A DNA stretch of 64,000 nt from Trichosphaerium sp. ATCC 40318. Its lineage: Eukaryota; Protista; Tubulinea. Under the pieces are notes generated by a model. That model saw only the letters and a list, made by a program, of their open reading frames with translations, was not told the DNA's origin and ran no database searches. The stretch covers positions 124,001-188,000 of the forward strand of contig JALMLS010000577.1 in NCBI GenBank assembly GCA_038496445.1. The letters are read 5' to 3'. Positions within the stretch are counted from its first letter, which is position 1, and every line of letters starts with the position of its first letter. A program made the position numbers and the translations under genes. Of this stretch, positions 1 to 11,197 are shown one piece after another.

Positions 1-1492
1 TCTCCGCCAAAGTACATGATATACTTGTCTTCCATAAGACAACTACAAGCGCCCCTACGCGGCGTAGGCGCAGGCCCTGAGGTTGTGAGACAGCTCCACT
101 GGCGTTTGTCTAAATCCAGACCGTCAAAATCCACAATGGACACGTACATACAAGTAGTTCAAAGTAACGTACAAAAGTCAAAAGTGTAAAGTGCATTTGC
201 GTGTTGTTCTGCAGTGCCGCCCAATAAATACAATTTTTTTTGCTGGGAAAAAAGTGAATAAGGGCAATTTGGTCGATGACTTAGAGATAACAATGCGAAC
301 TGTACCCAAACTAGTGATGTGTGATAATGGTTTGGTGGTGGCCAGGCACTGTTTGCTTCATCAGGGGGCACCTCAGTCCACGTTCTTGTCGTCTAAGAAA
401 GCTTGGTGTCAGTGAAAAAAAAAAAAAAAAGAATAATCCTTCATCTAAATTGTTTGCACGTCGCCACGCACCAAATGAAATTCCCAAAAGTCATTTAACA
501 ATCCGTTCGCCCCTTTGCCGCCTTGTATGTACATTGATTCGCCATAAACTACAGCAGTGTGACCCCACCTAATTTGTTTGTTAGTCAGTGGGTAGGTAAG
601 GTATGTATGTTCTTATTGAATACATATCAAATAATAAACAGTTAAAAAAAAACCCGTGCCGCGTGGCAGTCACGCAAAAAAATATGCTACAACACAAAAC
701 AATATCTAGCTGCGTAATTGAACTGGTAATCACGTACCGTGGTTCAGGTGATGCACTTTGAACTGGATATTTTACTTTTCTCCACTGTTCAACCTCTACG
801 CTTTGTGAGCATGCTGCAGGTTGAATGGAGGTTGCTATAACGCACTAATGTCGAATTCCAACATGTCACCAAGTGGCCCTTCCTTGCCCAAACCGCCAAA
901 AACCCACATAGAATGCTACGTGAATAAGTATTTTACAATCGTTGGTGCGTCGCGTAGCCAGCATTATCAAAAAAAAAAAAAAGAAAAAGAGAATACTCAC
1001 CTTAAATACAATGGCTGTGTGAGAGTGACGAGCACTTGGTTGCATAGTTGCTCGTGGAGAATTATTTCTATGTACGAGCTGGGAGCGCGCTGTGGTGGCG
1101 TCAATTCGCTCAATATGCGTAGTGCAAGTACGTACCATTGTTCGCTTGCTGCTCACGGGTTTGATTTTTGATGAACCACTGTTGCGAAGCTAAAAACACT
1201 TAGAGTGGCGGCAAAAAACGACGTGAGCGCCACATATGGTAAAAGGAGGATAATTTAAGAAGAAAATAGTTAATTGGTACCAAATCGAAACAAGTGCAAA
1301 TCGTCTAGGTCCTTGCCGTCACATTGACCTGCATAACGTCAAACACGCAAACTAGAAAGAAATGCCAAATAAGATGACCAACTAACCTCCAAACACGTAT
1401 AGGGCACTAGACTTATACACGGCTGCAGAATGGAGTTGCCGCTTTTGGGGCGCTGCATCGCCATTTATTTTGAGCCACTGACCGTCGAACAT
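1..1492 (-). CDS. Kelch-repeat protein (multi-exon, 3' end runs off the window)
   Basis: Spliced minus-strand translation gives repeated kelch motifs: APQKRQLHSAAVYKSSALYVFGG, PSARHSHTAIVFK, RWGHTAVVYGESMYIQGG, KLYLLGG, PTPRRGACSCLMEDKYIMYFGG. Putative ATG at 1492. Confidence 0.85.
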
Positions 1493-1689
1493 TGACGTCA
1501 AATATTCATTGCATTCTTACTTGAACAGCTCTCCGTGTAATGTAGTGACAATCAAACGCACTGCGTCGCTTAGGGGCTCACTTAACAAACTGCCTTTTTT
1601 TTTTTGCTTTTTTTTATTTGCAATATCAACTAGTTTTACATTTCTTATTGTGTAACATGTCATCTCATCATTTTTTTTGAAATGTGATG

Positions 1690-3245
1690 TTACGTGGTAG
1701 AGTTTTTGGTGAGGCCCTCAGCGGAGGCCACGTTAAACAAAAATTTATCCATGTGTGGCGGCAATTTTCTTGATTGTCTAAAAAATGATTCGTATTAGAA
1801 ATCAAAACTTAGTGAATACTGCAGACGCACAGGTTTGCAAGCGTTACGTTCATGTTGCCATCTTCATCTTCCACTTTAAGCTTCTCCAGTCCCTAGCAGT
1901 TGTTACGGTGGGCTAGCGCCAAACAGAGCTGTGCGTGCATACCTTGAGAACATTTCTGGTGCGAATCGCCAAATCCTACGTCACAACTTAATCTCTGACA
2001 AAAAGAAACAAGTGTGTCGCACCTTTATTATGCTTTGGTCATCAGTTTGGTCATTTTCTGCCGAAGACACGAGCCAAGTTGTGAGTTCTTGGTGAAACTT
2101 ACCGAGCATAAAATCAGGTTGCGCATGTGATGCTACAGTCACTGATTGAGCTGGCACATCAACGAGTACGTCATAGAGTGCTTCTTGAGGTTTGATTCTA
2201 GGGTCTGTGAACTAAGTTAAATTATTAGGTTGAGGAAGCTAAGGGCGTATTTAGCACGTGCTCCTGCTACATAAAATGCCTCTTCCTGCAAGTCATTAAT
2301 TTCAGCGGCTGAGACATTGACGAATGGCCGTAATTGATTCCAATCCTGCCTATGCCACACTAATAAAGGGATGGTTCTATGCACAAACTAAATAAGTACA
2401 GAGATGACAGGGCGGTGTTTTTAAAGTAAATAACCACAAACCAACCTGACAACGGTGAGCAGTTCTTTAATGTCGTCCGATACAACAACAATTCTCTTCT
2501 TTGTGAGAAATGCTGTCCATATCAAAATAATCTCCTCTTCGAATATTTTTATCAAATCTACGCGATTGTTAGGTGTGATAGGCCCAAGTGAGCATCGGCA
2601 GGTACCTTTTATTGATGATTTCAGGTAGGATTGTGTCGCGTCAAAATCTTTTGCATCAAATGTACGCCCATTTGCTATCAATCGACCAGTGCTTAATACG
2701 GCCAGGTAACTTTGGGATTAACCATTAGTTTTTTTTGTATAATCACAAAATCAAAATGAAGCTTGTGGTATGTGTAGTGACTTGAAAGTAAATACTTGCC
2801 TTTCAAGAAACTTGACTGGAGACAGGGTTTCGCCATACACGATGGCCAACTCTCTTGACAAAGCCTCGTACTTTTCCGGTTCGAAGCCCTGTGTCAACTG
2901 TTATTTACCGTCATTTGTATTAGTTGTCGTAGTGTACCGTTGCGTACAAGCAAATGGCAAATTTTGTAACCATCTGCGTTGGAGAGCTTGGTATTTCATG
3001 CACCCATATGTATAACCACTTTTCCTTGTATTTAGAGTATGAGAATTGTATTTTGGTTTCGTCCTCAGTTAGCATTGAGTTTTTTTTGACAAGTGACTCC
3101 AATACATTCCCTTCTGGCGCTAGTATTGGGTACGTCCTAATGGACACTTAAATTGATGTTTTCAAAGCGTTTTGTCGCACCATGAAACCATAACGTCACC
3201 GTTGACATCCTTTTCAACAATAGCTGCGTGCTTTAAACCGTTCAT
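1690..3245 (-). CDS. DENND10: DENN domain protein 10 (FAM45A-like)
   Basis: MNGLKHAAIVEKDVNGDVMVSW, FEPEKYEAL, PVKFLESYLAVL, KDFDATQSYL, TAFLTKKRIVV, LLVWHRQDW and LPPHMDKFLFNVASAEGL match remembered FAM45A motifs in order; many short introns. Confidence 0.9.
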
Positions 3246-3456
3246 GGTTGTTTGACACGCTCTGACTTATTCTCGGGGGCATATAAGCCAACCACGTTTC
3301 AGAATAAATTACATCAGCACTGGAACATTGGCCTCTTTAAAATTACATTATTTTACTCTATATATACATGGCGGGAGAATGGTTTGACAGGACGAACAAA
3401 CGTCACATGTCATTATTTTAACAGCGCTCATTTTTTCGGTAGTTAGAATTAGGACA

Positions 3457-4720
3457 CTACCATCGACCTCTTCTGCCTCTACTGCTTCCTCTGTAAAACC
3501 CTCTGCCTCTACCTCTACGATTGTTATACCGAGGAGATGAACTCCTATCGAAGCTACCACGCCTCGACCTTGAATAAAGAATGAATGCGTTGAACAGAAG
3601 TGGTTGTTGCGTGGTTTTTTGTTGAATTTCAAATTGAAAAAGTAAAAAGAGCCCTTGTGTCTGGTGATTTGCTTCAGTATACCTGTAGTCTGTGTAGCCT
3701 CTGCCCCTACCTCTACTCCTGCCACGGCCACGGCCACGATCATAGTCGTATGTAGAAGAGGATGAATAACTGCTGCTGTACGACTGATCTTGAAAGTTTG
3801 TTGTGCTGCTTGTCCTGTTGTATTTATTGCTGCTACTATAAGGGCTGGTTTTCGAATATGGCGAGCTATCATGGTACTCACGACTGCTGTGGCTTTGACT
3901 GGAATATCCTGACGACGTGCGGCCTATAAGGTACTGTAAGATAGCTGCACACTTACGAATAGGTAAGTATATGGACATGCCATTATCGCTGTCGTTGGAG
4001 TACTGGCTGTAAGACCTCTTGCGCGGATTGTATGATGACGAGTGCGCGTGAACACTTTTATCAGGTGCACTGCTTCTATCATCATTGTACGTGCTCTTGC
4101 TCTTTGTATCTCGCTGCCTGGGAGATGGAGATCGCTTCCTCTCGTATTTACGATCGTCGTCCTGCCTTGGAGGCTTTGCACTGTATTGTGGTAATTGCTT
4201 AGCGACTGCGACAGACGGTTCAGGAGGCAATATCTGTGAAACTGCTTGTTGTTGCTGTAATTGCTGCTGCTGTTGTGCTTGCTGCTCCAATTTACGACGC
4301 TCCTTGGCTTCATTTTCCTGTTGTATGACTACTTTCAATCCGCTAATGTATGCACCCCATGAGCATGTGGGAACAAAATAGCCACGTGTGGTATTCGTAC
4401 CTCCAAGAAGCGGTTTTCTCTTCCTTCAATGTCTCCATCTTTCTGTTGAGGTCTGTGATGCGCTGTTTTACGGCGGCCAGAGCGGCTAACAAATAAGAAA
4501 CTGTTCAACAAAAAAAACAGCGGCCTTACGCACCTCTTATTTCGCGTTCCTGCCTATCTCTTGCCTCACGTCGCTCTTGTTTGCGTAGTAGCTTTTGTGC
4601 TTGTTTTTTTTCTTTTTGTCTTTCCTGTTGCGCCGTACGTAATTTTTCTTCTGCTTTGATGGCCTCCATCTTCAAATTTATGATTTTTTGGCGTACAGCC
4701 TCTTTTTTGTCTATATCCAT
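3457..4720 (-). CDS. Coiled-coil plus Ser/Tyr- and RG/RS-rich low-complexity protein, probably RNA-associated
   Basis: Exons at 4526-4720 and 3457-4338 encode a charged coiled coil, a Q-run, RSPSP and GRGRGR repeats; no recognisable folded domain. Confidence 0.6.
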
Positions 4721-4883
4721 TCTTGTGCGTGGTTTTGTGCCAAATGTAAACCGTGGAGGTTGTGGATATTGTTACAACCGCATTGTGAATTTATAAAAAA
4801 AGAGAATTAAGTTCCCCACTTAACCACTTTACAAAAGCGGCAGCAACGACTGCACACGATAGGTGTTCGCGTTCGGAACTATA

Positions 4884-6346
4884 ATGGAAGCTACTGCGCG
4901 TCGTCACGTTGTGTATTGGCCAAAAGATGTATTACCGCTTGTAAGCGATGCATACGTTACAGGTAGTGTGGTACCTGATCCTGAAAAGCGTGTAAACGTG
5001 GTTTCTGTACACGGCCTTCAAATTGATCGTAACGGTGACACATCGACAAATGTCATTGGTAGATTACACCAAGAGGTACCGAAGGCAGATCTTTTACATC
5101 TAATAGAAACAGCACAGAGCCGACGTTGAGCACGACCCAGACTTGCTTTTGTTTGTGTGGGACGCATCTACCAACCGCCCTGCACTTGTATCAAGCACCG
5201 ACACGTTGTTTGTAATGCAACCGCCCGCGAAAACGTGTCATGCAGACGCCGCTATTTCAGAAAACATTGCACGTGCAGAATCCATACCACCTGCACGTGA
5301 ACTTCATACATCAAACGAAGACATGTTCTATTTGAATCAATACAGCACATGGGCGCCTTTTACCGTGTCTGTATTAAAGAGTAATTTTACCACAAGGCGT
5401 GCTGCATTACAGATAGCACTGGATCAAATGTTTGGTGCTTTGTTAGGATTGTTCACTTTGTACAACATAGCATGGCTTGCACATGAAATAACTATTTGGG
5501 TGCCTATTATAAGACAAGCTTTGCTCAATGATTGGATAACATGGTTGTTGACTGGCCAACCTGCTGGCTTGAAATTAAATACCAACCTGGGCACATTTGT
5601 TGGTAAAATCTTACTTGGTTATGTTGGGCTATGGCATGGCGTTGTACAAATTATGCTTGATCAATCTGTTGTGTTATTATATATTGTGGCTATTGTTGGT
5701 ATTGTATTTGGTTGTTCAGTTATGTTTGTTGCTATTGTGGACCTGATATCATTGCTCACATTTGATTTGTACTGGATTGCCAAGATTATGTGTTTTAGGT
5801 ACAATCCATGGGTTACAGTTGGATGGCTAATATTTGGTAGGGTGCTTGGCCTGTTTACTGCCATTTTAAGATCCATGTTCAGATTATTTAATGGTAAGAA
5901 AGCCAATATTCTTAAGGGCAGAATTGATACTGAGCATTATTACTTGGACCAATTATTGCTTGGTACTCTTATTTTTACAGTGGTATCATTTTTAATACCT
6001 ACAAGTAAGTATATAATACAACTCTGTAAGTTGAAACTTTGTAGTGTTGTTATATTGCTCTTTATTCTTGGTGCTTTATATTATAATACAGGTTATTAAA
6101 GTGTGTTTGATGTTACCTTGCTTATTATTCTGTACCAGGTACCTTGCCTTCATATTTATAAATAATAACAATGCTAGGTTGATCAACTCAAACCAGACAA
6201 CTAAATTTAAATCAAAGATATCCCAAATTGCCCACAATGGACAAGTCAGTTACATAGTTAAAGATGTTCAAATTAGTTTTAATTTTGGAATTGGCCAATT
6301 TTGGAGTAAAATTAAAGGTTTATTGCAAAAAACAATGATAATGTAA
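4884..6346 (+). CDS. PIGQ: GPI-GlcNAc transferase subunit Q (Gpi1)
   Basis: WLLTGQPAGLKLN, LFNGKKANILKGRID and LDQLLLGTLIFT are Gpi1 motifs. A 31-nt intron (5076-5106) joins ORF 4863 to ORF 5143 in frame. Confidence 0.9.
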
Positions 6347-6622
6347 TAATGTAATAAAGTCTTTTTCTCAATTTATAGCTAAAAGTATTTAAAGTTTTGG
6401 CTTTATGTATAGTATTAATTTACATGTTGTTTCCACCTCTACAAATATGCATCCATAATATTCATCATTACCTTCAAATCCTTTACCACTGGAAAATTAA
6501 CCAATTATTAGATTTTTACAGTAAATGTGCTGTTTGTGAAGCTCATTTGCACACAAATGAAGATAACCTCTCAATTAAACATATTTTAAAAATCCAAAAC
6601 TGTACACTGCAAAACTTTTCAA

Positions 6623-7420
6623 AATAGGTATTTTAGGGGAATTTAAGGATATTATGGAACAATAAATGTATGTGTTGTATTTGCAAAATGCATGCCTTAA
6701 ACATGCAATTTATGTTTTAGCCTGAACTGGCCTTATAGTAGTTAGATTTGTATCAACAGTTCTTTTCCAAATCATCAATTGCTCAAAAAAACAACTAACT
6801 CTTGTTTTAGGTGTGCAAAAGTATATTCAGACAGCATGTGAATTGCATGTTTTAGGCACATTTTGGGCATGTTTATTTTTCATGTTTTGGGCATGTTTTA
6901 AGCACACATATTGCATGTTTTGGGCATGCATAAAACACCACTTTATAGAGGGAAAGAAAATAATGATTTATTATGATACATACACATGATGATTACAAAG
7001 AGGTTTGGTACAATATTACAAACTTTATATCAAACAACTTCATGTTTTTGCTATTTTACCACCAATTCTGCCTTATTGTAAATACTTAAGCAAGAACTTA
7101 CCTAATTAGGCAACAAATCTCAAATCCAATAATTGTTTTTAAAAAGGGGTTTAATGGAGTTATTGAGCAATAATATCCTTAAACTACCTAAATATCTATT
7201 TTTTATCGTTTTTGCCTTAAAAAAAGGCACTGAACCCCAAACCACTATGAAACCACCTAATAGTGGGCCATACTTTGTTTTTTAAAGGATTTGTATTAAT
7301 AGACCTGAGTTATTCATGGAAAATAGAAAAATCAAGAAATTGTTGGTTTTTGGGTATTTTTAGATTTTTTCACCTACTTTTAAAGTGCTTACTTGGGTGA
7401 AAATACATGTTTTATTGTCA
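6623..7420. mobile_element. Old, CpG-decayed copy of the hAT-type element (plus short inverted fragments at 6623-6715)
   Basis: 6827-7415 is collinear with 9765-10593, with CG mostly changed to TG or CA. 6623-6656 is the reverse complement of ~10319-10352. Confidence 0.85.
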
Positions 7421-7625
7421 GGAAAATGTTTGCAAAGTTCCAAAATGCTTTGTATCTGGCAATGCAGCCAATATAAAAAAAGCCAATGACTTTTTTTGTG
7501 AATGATGTGCCAAGGCCAACAAAGGGTTAAGACCTACTTTGTTGACTATTTTGGAAGTCTTAAAGCATTATATTGCCAATACATGCATTGGAGCTTGTTA
7601 TTGGCTATTATTTTAAGCTTGTTTC
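7420..7625 (+). pseudogene. hAT transposase fragment
   Basis: Reads KCFVSGNAANIKKA, then after a frameshift C..HALEL: degenerate hAT DNAAN and CxxH motifs. Confidence 0.65.
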
Positions 7626-7859
7626 TGTGGCCAATAGCCAATACTGAAATTGGGATTTTGACCATACTAACCCCATATAAAACCTGTACTTTTGACTCAT
7701 ATCTAACACATACTTTTGACCTGTGAAACATGTGCCATTTTCAAAGCCATTGTTGTTAGATCTAATGGTGTCAGTGTCTGTTGAGTTAATACAAATTATT
7801 GCTTCAAGTCCACATTGTTGCTGTAGATGCAATGGTTGTCTTACTTATAACACTATGGT

Positions 7860-8000
7860 AATGGATTTATTGAGCCATAATATCCTTTTCTTACCCTAAA
7901 TACCTATTTTCTATTGTTTTTGCCTAAAAAAGGTACATTGAACCCCAAACCATGAAACCATGCATTGTACCTAATAGTGGGCCATACTTCATTTTTTAAA
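7860..8000 (+). mobile_element. Third internal fragment of the hAT-type element
   Basis: Matches ~10305-10442 (ttattgagccataatatcctt...gtacctaatagtgggccatacttc). Confidence 0.8.
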
Positions 8001-8004
8001 AGAT

Positions 8005-8795
8005 TGATCAATATGTACAAAATGTTTCCTAAACCGTCACATACTGTTAATGCATTCAAAAAATGCACGTGTTTATCACCATGATAAAGGCGTTGCTGTC
8101 CAGGATGTGCTCGGTTTTTAAAAAAAAGTAATTTGTGGCTTAATTAATAAAACGTTACATACCTGAAATGCGATGTACAATCAATGAGAGCTTTTGCACC
8201 ATCAAAAGTAGTTGGTACATTTCCCCATTTTTTGGGCCACTTTATGTAACAGAGCCATGCATACAGTATAAGAATAAGATGATACAGTTCTCGGCTTACA
8301 TACGCTTGAGACACCCCAAAATCTTTACCAGTTTTGGTTTGAAAGTAGTTGTGGCGTAGGTGGGACAATACAAGTGCCAAGCGAGCTCATGGTGATAAAG
8401 AATTGGCCATTATTGAGTTGAGTGTTTGCTTGTACTGTTACAAAAAACTCGAGGCTATTGAAGTGTAAACCAGTTGTGCGTATTAAAAGCCAATAATGCA
8501 CACTATTGATATCATCTGCCACCAACTGAAAGATCTCTTCAAACAAACCAGGATCAAGGCCAGAAACAAACCTAATATCTTTTGATGCTTGTTGTAGTCT
8601 TCTTTTTCCATGAAGTATTTTTCTTTTCGTGTATTTTGGTTTTCTGTTACATGGCTTCATTTTGTAGTTATAGCGTTCTATCTTTCTCCAACGTGTTGTC
8701 GCAACCAATAACTGCTGTAAAGTAAAAATTTGGTGCTGGGTTTGTAGAATGCATTGTTATAGCTGTAAAATGTTGTTCAACAGCTCATCAGACAT
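8005..8795 (-). pseudogene. PIF/Harbinger (ISL2EU/IS5-like) DDE transposase relic, 3'-truncated
   Basis: FVSGLDPGLFEEIF, LSHLRHNYFQTKTGKDFGVSQAYVSR (HTH), ALIDCTSH (first catalytic Asp) and LYHGDKHVHFLNALTVCDGLGNI. Has an in-frame TAA near the start, a frameshift and an intron whose acceptor appears mutated. Confidence 0.8.
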
Positions 8796-8891
8796 GTTGT
8801 TGTAAGATTGGCAAGCTTAACACATTAAGTGTGATTGAAAATAACATTTCAACTAACGACAGTGCATATAATACAGATTCTTGCTGTTATC

Positions 8892-9570
8892 ATGGCTTTA
8901 CAAATAAATTCAGAGCTTGAACTAAGGAGTTTTGAAGAATTCAACTCTGAAAAAGAACAACCAATTGTCCAATCACCTATTACAGAACCTCCAAGTGCTA
9001 AAAGATGGAAGATTTTTGATGTAGAGTTGGATTGTGCTTTGTTACATATTGCCAACAAACTTTACAGTTCCAAAAAGCTACTATATGGGCTAGGAGACAT
9101 TGTAGATGTGTTAGCAGCACAACAAAAAATCAGATTGACTACTCAACAAGTTAGTAATCGCTTGAACTCCATAGCTCAAACAAACAGTACATACCACCAT
9201 GGTAAAAACCCATGCAAAGATTCCACACTGTATGGCAGAATCCAAAACAAAAACGACCTCAGCAAAGAACAAAAGGCAGCTGCACTTCAAAGTTAAGGGA
9301 AGCTGACATGCTGGCAATTCAAAAACATGCCAAGGTCATGGAGTTGTGTAAAATGTTTATTGAAAAAAAATTTGAGGAACCTCTTGCTAGTATGTATCAA
9401 ATTGTGTGAATAATTTAAGCTTACGCATTTAGGCACCACAGAAAACGCTACAGTTGAGTCAGCCAATGCAAAAATTGCTAATGCCCGACATGACCATACC
9501 ACTGAAAGAGAACGCAGTTTTCGCAACGATGTGCCATTTTTTATCACCTGAGTGCCCTTACAATTTATAG
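8892..9570 (+). pseudogene. Myb/SANT-like accessory gene of the Harbinger element (frameshifted near 9290)
   Basis: KRWKIFDVELDCALL...DIVDVLAAQQKIRLTTQQVSNRLNSI fits the Myb/SANT-like pattern W..D..LL..I...L..T..Q..NR. It is divergent from the transposase with a ~96-bp gap; Harbingers typically carry such a second gene. Confidence 0.55.
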
Positions 9571-9753
9571 CTTCAAGGTTGGCACGATAAATGCCATGAA
9601 TCAACAAATATTATCAATAAAATTCTGTGTCAAACTCTTTTACATTTTGAATAGTTTTTTTGTAAAGTATCTGGTGTAAAGTTGTTGAGTTTCCAGTTTT
9701 GCCACTCAAAAACGGTATTTTCATGTAATTACACAACTTTACTATCTGCAATT

Positions 9754-10625
9754 CAGTGGTGGAATCGGACAGAACGCGAATCGCACGTTTTGGGCACGTT
9801 TTGGGCACGTTTATTTTCCACGCAAAAGACACGTTTTGGACACGTTTTGGGCACGTTTTTTCCACGCAAAAGGCACGTTTCTCTTCCACATGCTGGCCAC
9901 AAATCGCACGTTTTGGACACGTTTGGGCACGTTTATTACCTACGTTTTGGGCACGTTTTAGGCACGTTTATTTTCCACGTTTTGGGCACGTTTTGGGCAC
10001 GCATATTTGCCACGCATATCACACGTTTTGGGCACATAAAAAACACCACTTTATAAAGGAAAAGAAATAACAGTTTATTACGATACATAACACATAACGA
10101 TTACAAAGAGGTTTGTACAATTATTACAAACTTTACATAAAACTATCCCCACATAAACGATACCCAGTTTATATCAACCAACTTCATGTTTTTGCCATTT
10201 TACCTGCTTTTTCGCCAATCCTGCCTTATTGTAAATACTTAAGCAAGAACTTACCTAATTAGGCAAAAATCTCAAATCCAATAATTGTCTTTAAAAGGGG
10301 TTTAATGGAGTTATTGAGCCATAATATCCTTAATCTACCCTAAATATCTATTTTCTATCGTTTTTTTAAAAGGGCACCGAACCCCAAACCACCACGAAAC
10401 CATGCTTCGTACCTAATAGTGGGCCATACTTCGTTTTTTAAAGGATTCATACTAGTAGACCTGAGTTATTCACGAAAAATAGGAAAATCAAGAAATTGTT
10501 GGTTTTTGGGTATTTTTAGATTTTTTCGCCTACTTTTAGAGCCATGCCGATACAAACCTAACTACTGCTTACTTGGGTGAAAATACATGTTTTAGGCACA
10601 CGTATTTTGTCCGATTCCACCACTG
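9754..10625. mobile_element. Non-autonomous hAT-type DNA transposon (872 bp) with 18-bp perfect TIRs
   Basis: CAGTGGTGGAATCGGACA at 9754 and its reverse complement ending at 10625. CAG termini, subterminal repeats and no real ORF; no 8-bp TSD is visible. Confidence 0.9.
9783..10035 (+). repeat. Subterminal array of CACGTTTT(GGG) units
   Basis: Many degenerate copies of the ~11-bp unit GCACGTTTTGG just inside the left TIR. Confidence 0.9.
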
Positions 10626-10917
10626 AACCTCACTTTGAATATTCCTCAATACAAACCTGCAATATATATTGAAGAATGACCTTTAAAGCACCATCATACT
10701 ATTTCAGATGATATAGTTTTGGAACTTGCTAAACAACTAGAAGAAAGTGAGGTAAAAGAAAGTGAATTAGAAGTCATTGATGTTAATTTGGAAAACAACA
10801 ACCTATGTAAGCTTTGTTGAACAGTGTAAGCATAAGAAAAAAAAAAAGAAACAGATTTGCCAAATTACAATGTGAAACATTTGCCAGTGATGAGGTGGTA
10901 GGTTATGATGAACAAAA

Positions 10918-11197
10918 AGTACCTACTTTTAAAGCCATGCTGATACAAACCTAACTATTGTTTACTTGGTGAAAATACATGTTTTATTGTTAATGATTGG
11001 AAGCGATCAGCTTTGGGGTGAGATGGTTGAATTTTGAGTTTGTCAATTTTTTTATTTTGAATTTTTGGCCAAATTTCTGTTAAGGACAGGTCATGGTTAA
11101 AACACACAAATGACACGTTTTGGGCACGTTTATTGCAAATATACAACACACAAATGGCACGTTTTAGGCACACATATTTTGTCTGATTCCACCACTG
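10918..11197. mobile_element. Solo right end of a longer member of the same hAT family
   Basis: 10922-10986 matches 10529-10594. It then carries ~175 extra bp and ends in TGTCTGATTCCACCACTG (the TIR with one CpG>TpG change). Confidence 0.85.

Noticed and set aside
5127-5129. TGA inside PIGQ as possible selenocysteine or readthrough
   Set aside because: The 31-nt intron at 5076-5106 changes the frame before it.
9783-10035. Repeat array resembling a CRISPR or a TTTTGGG telomeric tract
   Set aside because: The units are ~11 bp with no unique spacers and no cas genes nearby. They are interrupted by CACG and lie inside a TIR element, so they are subterminal repeats.
9614-10070. ORFs with repeated RFGHV / KTCPKR peptides
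   Set aside because: These are translation artefacts of the DNA repeat array.
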